Shown here one piece after another: positions 9,601-18,465 of a stretch of DNA of 64,000 nt. The notes beneath the pieces are model-generated. The model was not told the DNA's origin. It worked only from the letters and a program-made list of their open reading frames with translations, and did not search any database. The DNA is taken from the IMG/VR virus record IMGVR_UViG_3300021400_000057, positions 1 through 64,000 of that record. One strand, written 5' to 3'. The translations under genes and the position numbers were made by a program. The DNA is from a virus (Duplodnaviria > Caudoviricetes). How positions within the stretch are numbered: the first letter of the stretch is position 1; every line of letters begins with the position of its first letter.

Positions 9601-12600
9601 CGAGGGGTAAGTCTCAGGCTAAGAAGAAATCGGCTAAGGAAGGGGCTAAAGCGGCTGAACAAGAAGCTGAGGCAGAAAAGAAAGCGGCTAAAGAAAGCGA
9701 AGAAGCCGTAAAGAAATCTTCTGAGGCCAAATCTAGGGGAAGAAGAAAAGCGGCTGAGGATAATGCCAAAGCCGACGATGAAGAAGCCAAAGCTACAAGG
9801 AAGAAACTTTCAGTTATGGATAAACTTCATGCCCAAGCCTTGCGCGAAGATAAGCACGTTGCCAGTCTCAAAAAGAAGTATGAAGATTTGGGTGCGACCT
9901 TGCAACGCAACCTCAATAGTGCACCACATAACGGTACAGCTACGACGTGGGCAACGTATGATAAACGGAGAGCGCAGGAAGAAGAACTGCGTAAGGAACT
10001 TGCAAGCTATGGCATTAACCGTCCTGCTAGGTACACTGGTTACGAGGGATACCGTGAAGCGTTCGATGCAAATTCTTCGAGGGCAAAAGAAGCCGCCCGT
10101 AAAGAAGAAGAAGCGGGTATGAAACGTATAGCTGACGCAACTAAAAATGTCATCAACCAAAAGATGAAACTAGAAAATCAGGATGCGAGAGCCGTTAAAG
10201 AAGCACAAAAGCGATTGAGCGAGTATGAGAAGTTGCATGATAAATACGCTCAGTCCATCGAAAGCGGCAAGGGTATGAGGTATGTTGCATTCCAAGATAT
10301 GCAACGGAAAGCGGCGAACTATGAAAAGTTCTTCCATGAGAATGAAATATCGTATAAGCCTCAAAAGATGGCGGCTAATTATGATGAGTATATGAAATCT
10401 GTTACGGCTGTCCGTGAATTGAAAGTTGCCGAAGCAGATGTAGCAAAGATTATTGAACGACAGAACAAACTTATTGTTCGTGGTAAACAGCTTAGTAAGG
10501 AGCAGTATGAGGCAGTTAAAGCAGAGGGCGAGGAAGCCTTAAAGAAATTGCAAGCGTTACAATCCAAGTATGGTGGTGGTAACGGTGGTGGTGGTAATCC
10601 ACCGGGCGGTGGCAATCCGCCTCACAATGAACCTCCCGATGATAAAGGTGGTAACGGGAATTTGCCTTTTAGTCGCGACCAATATAATACTATTGAGAAA
10701 TTCAATAGAGACATGGTTGCGAGAAATGCTATGGCGTGGCAAGGTCAGGCTGTGGATTCCTATTCTTCTGCGATTGGTCGCTTAAAACACGAGCAAGAAA
10801 CTTTGTTTGCATTGTATCAGCGCGACCCACAACCACGATATTTGAGTATGCTTAGTAAAACCCGTGCTGAATTGTCGCGAGTTACAAAAGAATTTCAGAA
10901 GTACCAAGATGAAATCAATGATACTGGCACAACGTATGATAGGTTTATGATGCGTGCGCGTAGTCATCTTGAATGGATTGCTTCGGGTGCTATGTTGGCG
11001 GCTCTCTTTGAGATACCGATGCGATTTGAAGGCGCTTTGTCGAATATCGAAACAAAGATGGCTGGTATTAAACAGGTTATCCCGATGATTGAAGGTCTTG
11101 AAGATAACCAATATGGTACTGTTCGACAGCAAGTACAGAGGGCAAGTCAAGAGACTGAGGAACTTCTTGGCGTTGCTTCAAAGTATGGTACTACGGTTGA
11201 TGAGGTTATGGAAGCAACTCGCTCGATTGGTCGTATGTACGGTCAAGGAGAGAATGGTGTTGTCAATACGAATCTCATGGTATCACAGGCAACGCGCATG
11301 GCTGTAGCTGACGCATTTGAAGTTGTCGATGCTACTCGCGGTCTTGAATCTGCTATGTCTCAGTGGAATCTACAGACCGAGAATACGCAGGAGCTTCTTG
11401 TTAATACGAACCGTATCCTTGATGTGTGGACGAAAACAGCACATAGAGGCGCGGCTTCTGCACAAGACATCGCAGATGCTATTCAGTTAGCTGGTACTGC
11501 GGCAAATCAAGCGGGCGTATCCTTCGAGTTCTTTAATGCTCTTGTTGCTACTGGTGTTCGTGCTACTGCTCGTACTGGTAATGAAATTGGTACGTCTTTG
11601 AAATCAATGATGGTTTCGATGCAGACTGAGAAAGCAGAGAAAGCATTGAAACAGTGGGGTATCTCTTTGAAAGAGGTAGGCACAGACGGCGTAGAGCGCA
11701 TGAGGAATTTGGAAGATGTTATCCTTGATGTGTCCATGCTTCTTAAATCTACTGATAAAGATACCTCAAAGCTCTTGCTTGCCCTGTCAGGTGGTAAGTT
11801 CCAGTATTCTAAAGTATCCGCAATACTCAAAAATGGTGATGAGCTTTTGCGTATGCTTGCCGAAATCAATGACGCTAGTACGGCAGGATTCACAACTGAA
11901 CAGATTAAGGTACAGTTAGATACCTTGTCTCGTAAGGTAAATACCCTTAAAGATGATTTGCAGGGCTTGGCATTTAACATCGGTGGTCTTGATACTTTGA
12001 AAGGCTTTGCCACACACTTAGATAATGTCGTGGTTGGTTTGTCGAAATTGTCAAAGGGTTTAGGTGGTAATTCACTTGCTGTGGTAACGTGGGCAGTAAA
12101 GATTTATGCGTTTATCCGTGCGGTTAAATATGGTTACACTCAGATTCGTGTAATGATTGAAACCGCCAAGGCTCTAAAGACTGCAACACTAGCGTCGGCT
12201 ACTGCTGAAACTACTGCGGCAAGCATGGTGAAATCCGCATGGGATAGGAAAATAGAAACATTAGCGGTAGCACGGTTGGCTCGTATGGGTTACACCGTAG
12301 AAGAAGCTAAGGCTATGGTGGCTAGTGCAAATGAGACGAAAGCCGAGATTGCTGAATCTGGCGCACACACAGCGAATACTGCCGCCGTTAAAACAGAAAC
12401 AGCCGCTTTGCGCGAGAATACTGCGGCAAAGACTGGTAATGCTATTGCTTCGGCTGAACAAGCCGCAGGACAAGCCGCAGGAACGATTGGTGCTATGGGC
12501 AATGCTATGGGCAAGATGGGTCGGACGGCAGGACTTGTCAGCGGAGCACTTGCTATGTTCGGCGGCGAGATTGGCATGGTTGTTACGTTGTTGTCGATTG

Positions 12601-15600
12601 CTATTCCTATCATCTATACATGGTCAGCCTATATTGGCGATGCAGAGAATGAGCTTAAACGTACTGCTGAAGCTCAGGGAGAGAGTGTTGCTAAAACAGA
12701 GCAACAGCTTGAACAAGTTGCGCGTCAAGCTGATTTAGTCACTCGTTTAGCTAAAGCCTATAATCGTGGTGTAGATTCTTTGAAGGAATGTACTGAGGGT
12801 ACGGAAGAATATAGTAAGAAGCAGAAGTTTCTCGAAGATATGAAGAAAAGCATGATTAGTATTCTTAAAGAAGAAGCTGTGCAGTTCGATGAGACTGGTC
12901 ATGTTCAGCTTGATACTATCAATGAGGTAGCTGAAAAAGAAGCTGAACATTACACGGAAAAATTGAAGGAAGACAAAGAAAATATAGAGAAAGAAAAAGA
13001 AAAGACTCAGGAGTATCTCGATTCGGCTCAGGCGCGTATGGATTCTTTGAAAGCTGAAATGGAAGTTATTAAAGCCAATGGTCAAGCATGGGATTGGCTA
13101 ACAAAAATGCGTAATAGTGCTATCGAAGGATTAGGTACTGGCTTAAAAGCCCTGTCTAATATCAATGTTCCTGATGTTATTACGAGAGCTATGGGGCAAA
13201 AAGGATTCTTTGATTCTGTAGGAGATGAGTTAATTAAGATTGCAAAGGACGAGGCTCTTGGCGAGCATGGTGACCCTGACGCAATGCAAAAAGAAATTGA
13301 GAACGTCGAAGATGAAATAGCAAAGTATCGAGACATTATTACTCAATACAATGGTAACCTTGTAACAATCGAGGAAAAACTTAATGCTAAGACACTTAAT
13401 GATTTGGAGAATAATCCTTCTGACGGCGGTATCATTGAGCCTAAAGATGATGAAGAAGGCGGTAAAGGCCGTGGTAGCGGTGGTAGTGGTTCTGGTGGTA
13501 AGTCTCGCTTGCCTTACGAATCTGATGAACTTGCGGCGGCTATTCATGAAGCGGCACAAACACAATACGCCAAGGACAATAGCTTGACCGAGCCTTTGCT
13601 CCGTGGTCTTGCTGATGTCCAGTCTGGCTTGTCGCAGGACTTTAACGACGGTGTAAGGATTGGCGCGTTTGGTGTTACCGAGGAAATGGGCAAACGGTTC
13701 GGACAAGATGTCTATACTCCGATTGGTAATGCTATGACTGCGGTACTTGCATTGACACAGAAGATTTCTGACGCTGGCGGCGATATGGGTGCGGCTCTTA
13801 ATAGCTTTACTGGTGGTAATGCTAGTGGTGTCTATGCGGCAATGAGAACCCAACAAGATGCTTACAACTATGACGGTACTGATTATATCGGTAGTTCTGA
13901 TTTTGGTGCTGATGTTATTGCGGCGGCTCGTCAACGTCTTGGGCTTCCTTATGGTGGTTCGGATTTGTCTGATGAGTTCCAAGCTGTTTGTACTACGTTT
14001 GTTCAGCGTGCGTTAGTTGATGCAGGAGCAGACGAAGATATTGTTCGTGGTTTAACTGCTGATGCGAATAATTGGGCGGAAAATGCTGGTGCGGCGTTCC
14101 ATCCTTACGGTGATGGTTACGCTCCGAAACCCGGCGATATAGCTTTGACTGGTATTGATGAAAGTGGTCATAGTGGTCATGCCAATATAGTTGATGAAAA
14201 CGGTACTGGTTATTATTCTGCTGGTGGTTCGGCAGGAGTGAGCGCACATTATGACACCCCGATTGAAACTGCCTACGAAGGCGACATTGAGGGGTATATT
14301 GATATTGCCGCATTGACTGGCAAAACGAGAGGGCTTGGACTTCGCTCGAAAGGTAGTAATGCACGCAAGAGTGTCTTTGATTTCCGTCGTAGTGCTTATG
14401 AACGGCTTATGTATCAGATACAGAAAGCTAAAGAGGACTATGAGGATACAGCCAAAGACATTGAGCTTGAACGTGCATTGACTGGTGATTCCTATGAACT
14501 TGCGGCGCGTGAAGAATTGAATGAGCAAGCCAAACTCACAGCAGAGCAGAATAGCTTGAAACTACTTGAAGCAATGTATAAGGGCGTACAAAAGAGCATT
14601 GAGAATACGATTAAGAACGCCCCGGATTTGCAAGTCGCTCTTGGTCAAGAAGGAGCGAAGTGGGCTGACCTTGTGCCTGAAGAAAAGAAACAGTTGGCAA
14701 GCCTCTATAAGAACGATAATGGGGTGTTTGCCGAACTCGTCAATGAAGAAATTAAATTGCACGATGCGTTGCGTGAACAGCATAAGGTAGTGAAGGAACA
14801 AACCTTAAAGGCAAATAAGTATCTCCACATGAGTATTGAAGAAGCGGCGAAGTTTGAGATAGAGCGTTATCAGATGAAGTATGATAATTTTGAATCTAGC
14901 TTGCCAGACGACAATGATTCTTTCTACTTGAATCATGTTAAGTCAAATCGTGCGAAGCAGGAAATGTTGAGAGGACAGATTGCCGCGCAGACAACTTGGC
15001 GCGATTATGCGTACAATCAATACGTTGATTCTGTTGCGAAAGACCAAGAGACATTGACTGAATTGCAAGGGAAAATCCAAGCTGGTCAAGAAAATCTTGC
15101 GGTTCTTAAACAGCAGGAAGAAGCTGGTAATGATGTTGCCTACGCAATCAAACTTCAAAACCTAGAACTTGAACAAAATATTAAGTTGTTTGAGGCTATT
15201 GGAAAATTTGGTAGTAACGCAACAATGCGATTGGAAAAAGGATTCTATGATGCTGATACTGCTCTTAATAAAATGCAAAGGGATTTGGAAAAGGTCGCTA
15301 AACAAGACTTGCAGAATATCCGAAATTATGGAGCGCAGATGTTTACTGACTTGATTGTTGAAGGTAAGAGCTTTGAAGATGTATGGGATTCTTTGTGGAA
15401 AGACCTTGCAAGATATACCATCAATGCGATATTCCAAGTGAATAACTCTGGCAATATTTGGAACTCCTTGTTCAGTTGGTTTGGTGGAGGCAAAGCTACT
15501 GGTGGTGGTCTTGCGAAAGGTGGTCGTATTCCCGGCTATGCACAAGGCGGCGGCATGATTAAAGGTGCTGGTACTGGAACGTCTGATAGTATCTTGGCAT

Positions 15601-15992
15601 ATCTCGCCAATAAGGATAGGTTCGTGTATCTGTCTAACGGTGAGTATGTTATGACTGCGGAAGCTACAAAGCGGCTTGGGGTTAAAAATCTCGACGCTTT
15701 GAATGGCTATGCAGACGGCGGGGCGCTTGCTCCTACACCTTATGTTCCGACGCTCAGTAATCGAGCCACCAAGAGAGCAGGAACGCTCTCGAATAAGAAT
15801 CCTAATGCTCGTATGGAACAACTCATGCAGGAGCAGACAAGTGTGATTCAAGGCATGAGTAATGGTGGTAGTGGCCAGATTGTCGTACTGAATACTAAAG
15901 CCTCGTCTGCCGACATCTTGAAGGCGATGCAGGAAAATCCTCGCCAAGTACAGGCAATTCTTGGACAACAGCGTAGAGCAGGATTCCGATAA
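6699..15992 (+). CDS. Tape measure protein with TP901-type core, SLT-like domain and NlpC/P60-CHAP domain
   Basis: 3097 aa; helical TMP core at about 10950-12700; lysozyme-like segment at about 13530-13815; Cys/His amidase segment at about 13900-14310; C-terminal GGxIxGPGTxxSDSI-like motif. Confidence 0.95.
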   Translation: MAEDNNNIETLSYKVSIDTSDVTKAEERIRGLTDASKNLKEEFGKSIKTGIDVESVKQSIAVYKRLGDTAKQTGNDIKNIGSTGIGRLADDMKNLNKAIEQVKMNYQGIEKLLHGLDKGGFDRIAQEVDGWIDNYKRNGGEKKLISVQEMMRRYRSGGSSSRGSKQEQEFREQYITKTVAEIYKLGGSLENIQRLASKPMSLNGIDKSISNMQALGKATERVAATFENLKKAIGNLDTKGVNALTKEMSQNLKAQGDDSFAQIMKNKDLTKDDRVDYLAFEAENLYKMGGQLKSLPQFNDSAKLPVQPQVQQKEQVQTQQQTKDSSWIKTIQHSNEAPESVRKNHWQFWENVGIAERFAQSKGRQLTNDELNKIWQQTFHEIKAAHGTQHAGGAHETDRTRAIKEVQSSQKEETQNIEKARRVIENYKEQAQKSAEQIKQKEARANQILNNLEKWQAEYKATITKQSKGKDKAPKELSEDERRKLLAKASGHKIGEKNYTNTIKHLEDKYKPQIDNIIGRDKYDAASESEQIQMLANIAKAEKKMRDDENKVKRDTQRERRAAAKQEKKEAEAKAEAERKAAEEQIQAQQKTTEASTKSANEQVKAQEKVAEASTKSANTQVKAQEQVAKANKKTVTSKEAERAARENLRKKIYSSSESQLEKYDKITTDFLNQRKGAGASLVQRLSWSNTADFQPPPGTPKWEPPPMKDALVRRIQEVQRLGGVIEGLNDKEVESTKKAVQEANAKAEANKKAAEEQIQAQQTVTQDSIDSANKQVKAQKQVANATEQVTEKTANATGKGNGTKKLADDMQSFSQKTATANVSVKDLQERIKKMSSKEIDELAAKVDKFKNDNRKEGQARPLTVEERARYVSDYDPPKGSDMWYDNKREVLIDDVKQIAEMKGGLEALGVASKESANEEVKATEEATEKKTKSRKKAAEETKESAKEEAQAEKSAAQEGEEAAKKSSRGKSQAKKKSAKEGAKAAEQEAEAEKKAAKESEEAVKKSSEAKSRGRRKAAEDNAKADDEEAKATRKKLSVMDKLHAQALREDKHVASLKKKYEDLGATLQRNLNSAPHNGTATTWATYDKRRAQEEELRKELASYGINRPARYTGYEGYREAFDANSSRAKEAARKEEEAGMKRIADATKNVINQKMKLENQDARAVKEAQKRLSEYEKLHDKYAQSIESGKGMRYVAFQDMQRKAANYEKFFHENEISYKPQKMAANYDEYMKSVTAVRELKVAEADVAKIIERQNKLIVRGKQLSKEQYEAVKAEGEEALKKLQALQSKYGGGNGGGGNPPGGGNPPHNEPPDDKGGNGNLPFSRDQYNTIEKFNRDMVARNAMAWQGQAVDSYSSAIGRLKHEQETLFALYQRDPQPRYLSMLSKTRAELSRVTKEFQKYQDEINDTGTTYDRFMMRARSHLEWIASGAMLAALFEIPMRFEGALSNIETKMAGIKQVIPMIEGLEDNQYGTVRQQVQRASQETEELLGVASKYGTTVDEVMEATRSIGRMYGQGENGVVNTNLMVSQATRMAVADAFEVVDATRGLESAMSQWNLQTENTQELLVNTNRILDVWTKTAHRGAASAQDIADAIQLAGTAANQAGVSFEFFNALVATGVRATARTGNEIGTSLKSMMVSMQTEKAEKALKQWGISLKEVGTDGVERMRNLEDVILDVSMLLKSTDKDTSKLLLALSGGKFQYSKVSAILKNGDELLRMLAEINDASTAGFTTEQIKVQLDTLSRKVNTLKDDLQGLAFNIGGLDTLKGFATHLDNVVVGLSKLSKGLGGNSLAVVTWAVKIYAFIRAVKYGYTQIRVMIETAKALKTATLASATAETTAASMVKSAWDRKIETLAVARLARMGYTVEEAKAMVASANETKAEIAESGAHTANTAAVKTETAALRENTAAKTGNAIASAEQAAGQAAGTIGAMGNAMGKMGRTAGLVSGALAMFGGEIGMVVTLLSIAIPIIYTWSAYIGDAENELKRTAEAQGESVAKTEQQLEQVARQADLVTRLAKAYNRGVDSLKECTEGTEEYSKKQKFLEDMKKSMISILKEEAVQFDETGHVQLDTINEVAEKEAEHYTEKLKEDKENIEKEKEKTQEYLDSAQARMDSLKAEMEVIKANGQAWDWLTKMRNSAIEGLGTGLKALSNINVPDVITRAMGQKGFFDSVGDELIKIAKDEALGEHGDPDAMQKEIENVEDEIAKYRDIITQYNGNLVTIEEKLNAKTLNDLENNPSDGGIIEPKDDEEGGKGRGSGGSGSGGKSRLPYESDELAAAIHEAAQTQYAKDNSLTEPLLRGLADVQSGLSQDFNDGVRIGAFGVTEEMGKRFGQDVYTPIGNAMTAVLALTQKISDAGGDMGAALNSFTGGNASGVYAAMRTQQDAYNYDGTDYIGSSDFGADVIAAARQRLGLPYGGSDLSDEFQAVCTTFVQRALVDAGADEDIVRGLTADANNWAENAGAAFHPYGDGYAPKPGDIALTGIDESGHSGHANIVDENGTGYYSAGGSAGVSAHYDTPIETAYEGDIEGYIDIAALTGKTRGLGLRSKGSNARKSVFDFRRSAYERLMYQIQKAKEDYEDTAKDIELERALTGDSYELAAREELNEQAKLTAEQNSLKLLEAMYKGVQKSIENTIKNAPDLQVALGQEGAKWADLVPEEKKQLASLYKNDNGVFAELVNEEIKLHDALREQHKVVKEQTLKANKYLHMSIEEAAKFEIERYQMKYDNFESSLPDDNDSFYLNHVKSNRAKQEMLRGQIAAQTTWRDYAYNQYVDSVAKDQETLTELQGKIQAGQENLAVLKQQEEAGNDVAYAIKLQNLELEQNIKLFEAIGKFGSNATMRLEKGFYDADTALNKMQRDLEKVAKQDLQNIRNYGAQMFTDLIVEGKSFEDVWDSLWKDLARYTINAIFQVNNSGNIWNSLFSWFGGGKATGGGLAKGGRIPGYAQGGGMIKGAGTGTSDSILAYLANKDRFVYLSNGEYVMTAEATKRLGVKNLDALNGYADGGALAPTPYVPTLSNRATKRAGTLSNKNPNARMEQLMQEQTSVIQGMSNGGSGQIVVLNTKASSADILKAMQENPRQVQAILGQQRRAGFR
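8430..9000 (+). repeat. Intragenic direct repeats in the TMP N-terminal region
   Basis: GAAAGCCGCAGAGGAGCAGATTCAAGCTCAACAGA occurs at about 8435 and 8953; GAGGCTTCTACGAAGTCGGCTAAT occurs at about 8478 and 8532. Confidence 0.85.
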
Positions 15993-16054
15993 AAAGTTTC
16001 GGAAATTGTGAATAAACAAAGTTGAAAAAAGTATTATAGGTGAGGGAACAAAGT

Positions 16055-16102
16055 GGGTGTTGGACTGGAAACAAAGCCTAGTCCAATACCCTTCTTTGTT
16101 TT
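16055..16102 (+). terminator. Terminator-like hairpin between TMP and tail-tip genes
   Basis: GGGTGTTGGACT...AGTCCAATACCC followed by TTCTTTGTTTT. Confidence 0.6.
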
Positions 16103-16157
16103 GTATAGAGGTCTTTGAATATAAAGGCTTCCATAGAGAGCAAAGGAGGAAAAAATA

Positions 16158-16559
16158 ATGGAGGACATTAGCAGATTTGTAGGTATCCCACATCAGTTTA
16201 ACGGTGACACTTTTGAGAGTTGTGATTGTATTGGTTTGTGTCGTCTCTTTTATAGAGAGCATGGATGGAAGCAGGACTTTACAGATGGCTCTCCCGTCGA
16301 ACCAGATTGGCAGAAGAAAGACCCGTTCCGTTTGGCGCGGTATCTCAATAGTCACTTTACAAAGACAAAGAATGTCGATGATTTGAAGTTTGGTGATGTG
16401 GTTCTTTTCAATATCTATGATGACTTTCATCTGGGGTTGTACTTGGCTTATGGGAAGATGCTTGGTATGCAAGTCCCTGTCAAATATGGAGTAACAATGA
16501 GTACGGTGTATCGCCGTGATTGGTGGATGCCGTTCTTTGTAAGGGGGTATTTAAGATAG
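16158..16559 (+). CDS. NlpC/P60 tail assembly protein (lambda gpK-like)
   Basis: FVGIPHQF, CDCIGL, GDVVLF and HLGLY motifs. Confidence 0.85.
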   Translation: MEDISRFVGIPHQFNGDTFESCDCIGLCRLFYREHGWKQDFTDGSPVEPDWQKKDPFRLARYLNSHFTKTKNVDDLKFGDVVLFNIYDDFHLGLYLAYGKMLGMQVPVKYGVTMSTVYRRDWWMPFFVRGYLR

Positions 16560-18460
16560 ATACGTTCAGCTTTGTTCCGCATAGGGACGTAAAGGTTTCA
16601 TATCAATTCACCAATAACACTACCTCCTTCTTTTCGGGGGCAAAGCAAATCAATCGGCGTAGGATTCATGCCGAGAAATCATTTGCTTTTACGGTGTCTG
16701 GATTGAAAGAAGAAATGGACGCTCTGATAGCGTTTTATAACAAACAGCATGGTATGAAAAAAGAGTTTCTCTTTGTTTACGACGGCATAGAGGAACATTG
16801 TTTCTTTGCCGCGCCTATCTCTGTATCAGCTATTCGTGAGCTTAATAAGGTTGTCGGATATGAGGCAGAAATAAAACTCGCTTGTTCATATCAGACTTCT
16901 CCGTATGAAGGTCGCGCCTTGCCTAGCGATATATTGGACATTACGCCGAAAGATAAGGTTGAGCATAAGATTGATTGGAATACTAATGTCGTGTCTATGA
17001 TATTAAATGCAAGGCAGGAAACTTATAGTGAGCCAACAGAAACATTTACTGTTCGTCTTGTTGGCACAAAAGAAAACCGTGATGAGCTTTGTAGATTGTT
17101 TAATTTACATGGGACTATGCCGTTTACATTCCGCTTTGACGGCAAGGATTATCTTGTACGTTTTCCTGACTCAATCGAGATTACTGATAAGCGGTCAATG
17201 ACGCAGATAATGGGGTTTGAAAGTAGCTTTGATTTGGAAGTTATCAAAACTCCGAATAACGGGACGTACTACCAAGCGCCAACCACAAATATTCCAGCTA
17301 TTGTTGTGAAGGAAGATTTGAGTTTGCGTGATTGGTATGAAAACGGGTGCATGATTAAAGGGGTAAGCTATAAAAATAACTTGGATGCTGGCTTGGCAAA
17401 GTTACAGAACTTCTATATCACTGACTGCACTAACGCATTTTTTGAAGCGCAGGATGTCTACGAGATTCCAGAGCTTGACACTACGAAATGCGAGTTGTTC
17501 AGTGGAATGTTCTATAAGTCTAAAGTCAATCTTGTCAAAGGGCTTGACCTTAGTAAAGCTACTGACACTAATTGTATGTTTGAAGGTTGCGAGATTGAGA
17601 GTTTGAACGCCTCGCTTAATATGCCTTTCAATCAGAACGCACAATGTATGTTCCGTGGGGCTAGGAATATTAAGTCGTTGCCAGACGTTACGATAGGTCT
17701 TGATGAAATGCCTCGTGAGCTTTTCCGTGCGGCGTATAGTTTGGCAAGCGTAAAAAGTATTACGATACCAAATGCGAAAAACTTGAACTATTTGTTTGCA
17801 GGAACAGCGATTGAACGCTTGCCAGCATTGGACTTTCCAAAACTGGAACAAGCGGTTCTCATGTTTGGTGGTTGCAATTCTCTTAAATCAATCTCGTTTA
17901 GGAATAGCGGAGTACCTACAGATGTCTTGGGGATGTTTTTGTATTGCTTTGCATTGACTGATGTAAGCAGATTGAATCTGACTGCTGTTGTCCCTGCGGA
18001 GTATCCGATTATGTCCAAACTTAATCCAGACAGCACAAACAACTGTTTGTACTTTGATTTGTTTATGAACAGCGGCGACGATTATTACAATATGTTTGCT
18101 GAAAATCCTTCTGACGCTCATAACTATCCGTATATTGGTTCTCATCCAGACGGTCAGGTTCACCTTTACGGTAGTGCTTTGAAGTCAATGACTATCATTG
18201 AGGATGCTAAAAAATCATGGCAGGAGCTATTCGATAAGTATTATGGTGCTTTAAGTGTTGGCGGCATGATAGAAGGGGAGCGCAATAATAGCGGCGACCT
18301 TGTAGCGGAACATTATTACCATTACCACAATTCAATCGACACATTGACTATCATAGATAGCGATGGCAAAAGCCTTGTTCGATTTAAGAGTAGCGATAAA
18401 TACGATGGGTACGATTGGATTGAGGATTACAGACAATCTCATTATGGAAGTGGGGGATAA
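16556..18460 (+). CDS. Distal-tail gpM/DUF2460-like tandem domains fused to BspA/DUF285-like leucine-rich repeats
   Basis: Two gpM-like repeats (LxAFY..xG..xxFxF.xDG), then about 8 repeats of LDxSxxT..xxMF.GC type; RBS at 16541-16548 points to ATA 16556 (ORF track start is TTG 16520). Confidence 0.75.
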   Translation: MDTFSFVPHRDVKVSYQFTNNTTSFFSGAKQINRRRIHAEKSFAFTVSGLKEEMDALIAFYNKQHGMKKEFLFVYDGIEEHCFFAAPISVSAIRELNKVVGYEAEIKLACSYQTSPYEGRALPSDILDITPKDKVEHKIDWNTNVVSMILNARQETYSEPTETFTVRLVGTKENRDELCRLFNLHGTMPFTFRFDGKDYLVRFPDSIEITDKRSMTQIMGFESSFDLEVIKTPNNGTYYQAPTTNIPAIVVKEDLSLRDWYENGCMIKGVSYKNNLDAGLAKLQNFYITDCTNAFFEAQDVYEIPELDTTKCELFSGMFYKSKVNLVKGLDLSKATDTNCMFEGCEIESLNASLNMPFNQNAQCMFRGARNIKSLPDVTIGLDEMPRELFRAAYSLASVKSITIPNAKNLNYLFAGTAIERLPALDFPKLEQAVLMFGGCNSLKSISFRNSGVPTDVLGMFLYCFALTDVSRLNLTAVVPAEYPIMSKLNPDSTNNCLYFDLFMNSGDDYYNMFAENPSDAHNYPYIGSHPDGQVHLYGSALKSMTIIEDAKKSWQELFDKYYGALSVGGMIEGERNNSGDLVAEHYYHYHNSIDTLTIIDSDGKSLVRFKSSDKYDGYDWIEDYRQSHYGSGG

Positions 18461-18465
18461 TTCTT

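Noticed and set aside
16520-16555. ORF-track start for the Dit-LRR gene at TTG 16520
   Set aside because: It has no SD and overlaps the upstream gene; the SD geometry favours 16556.
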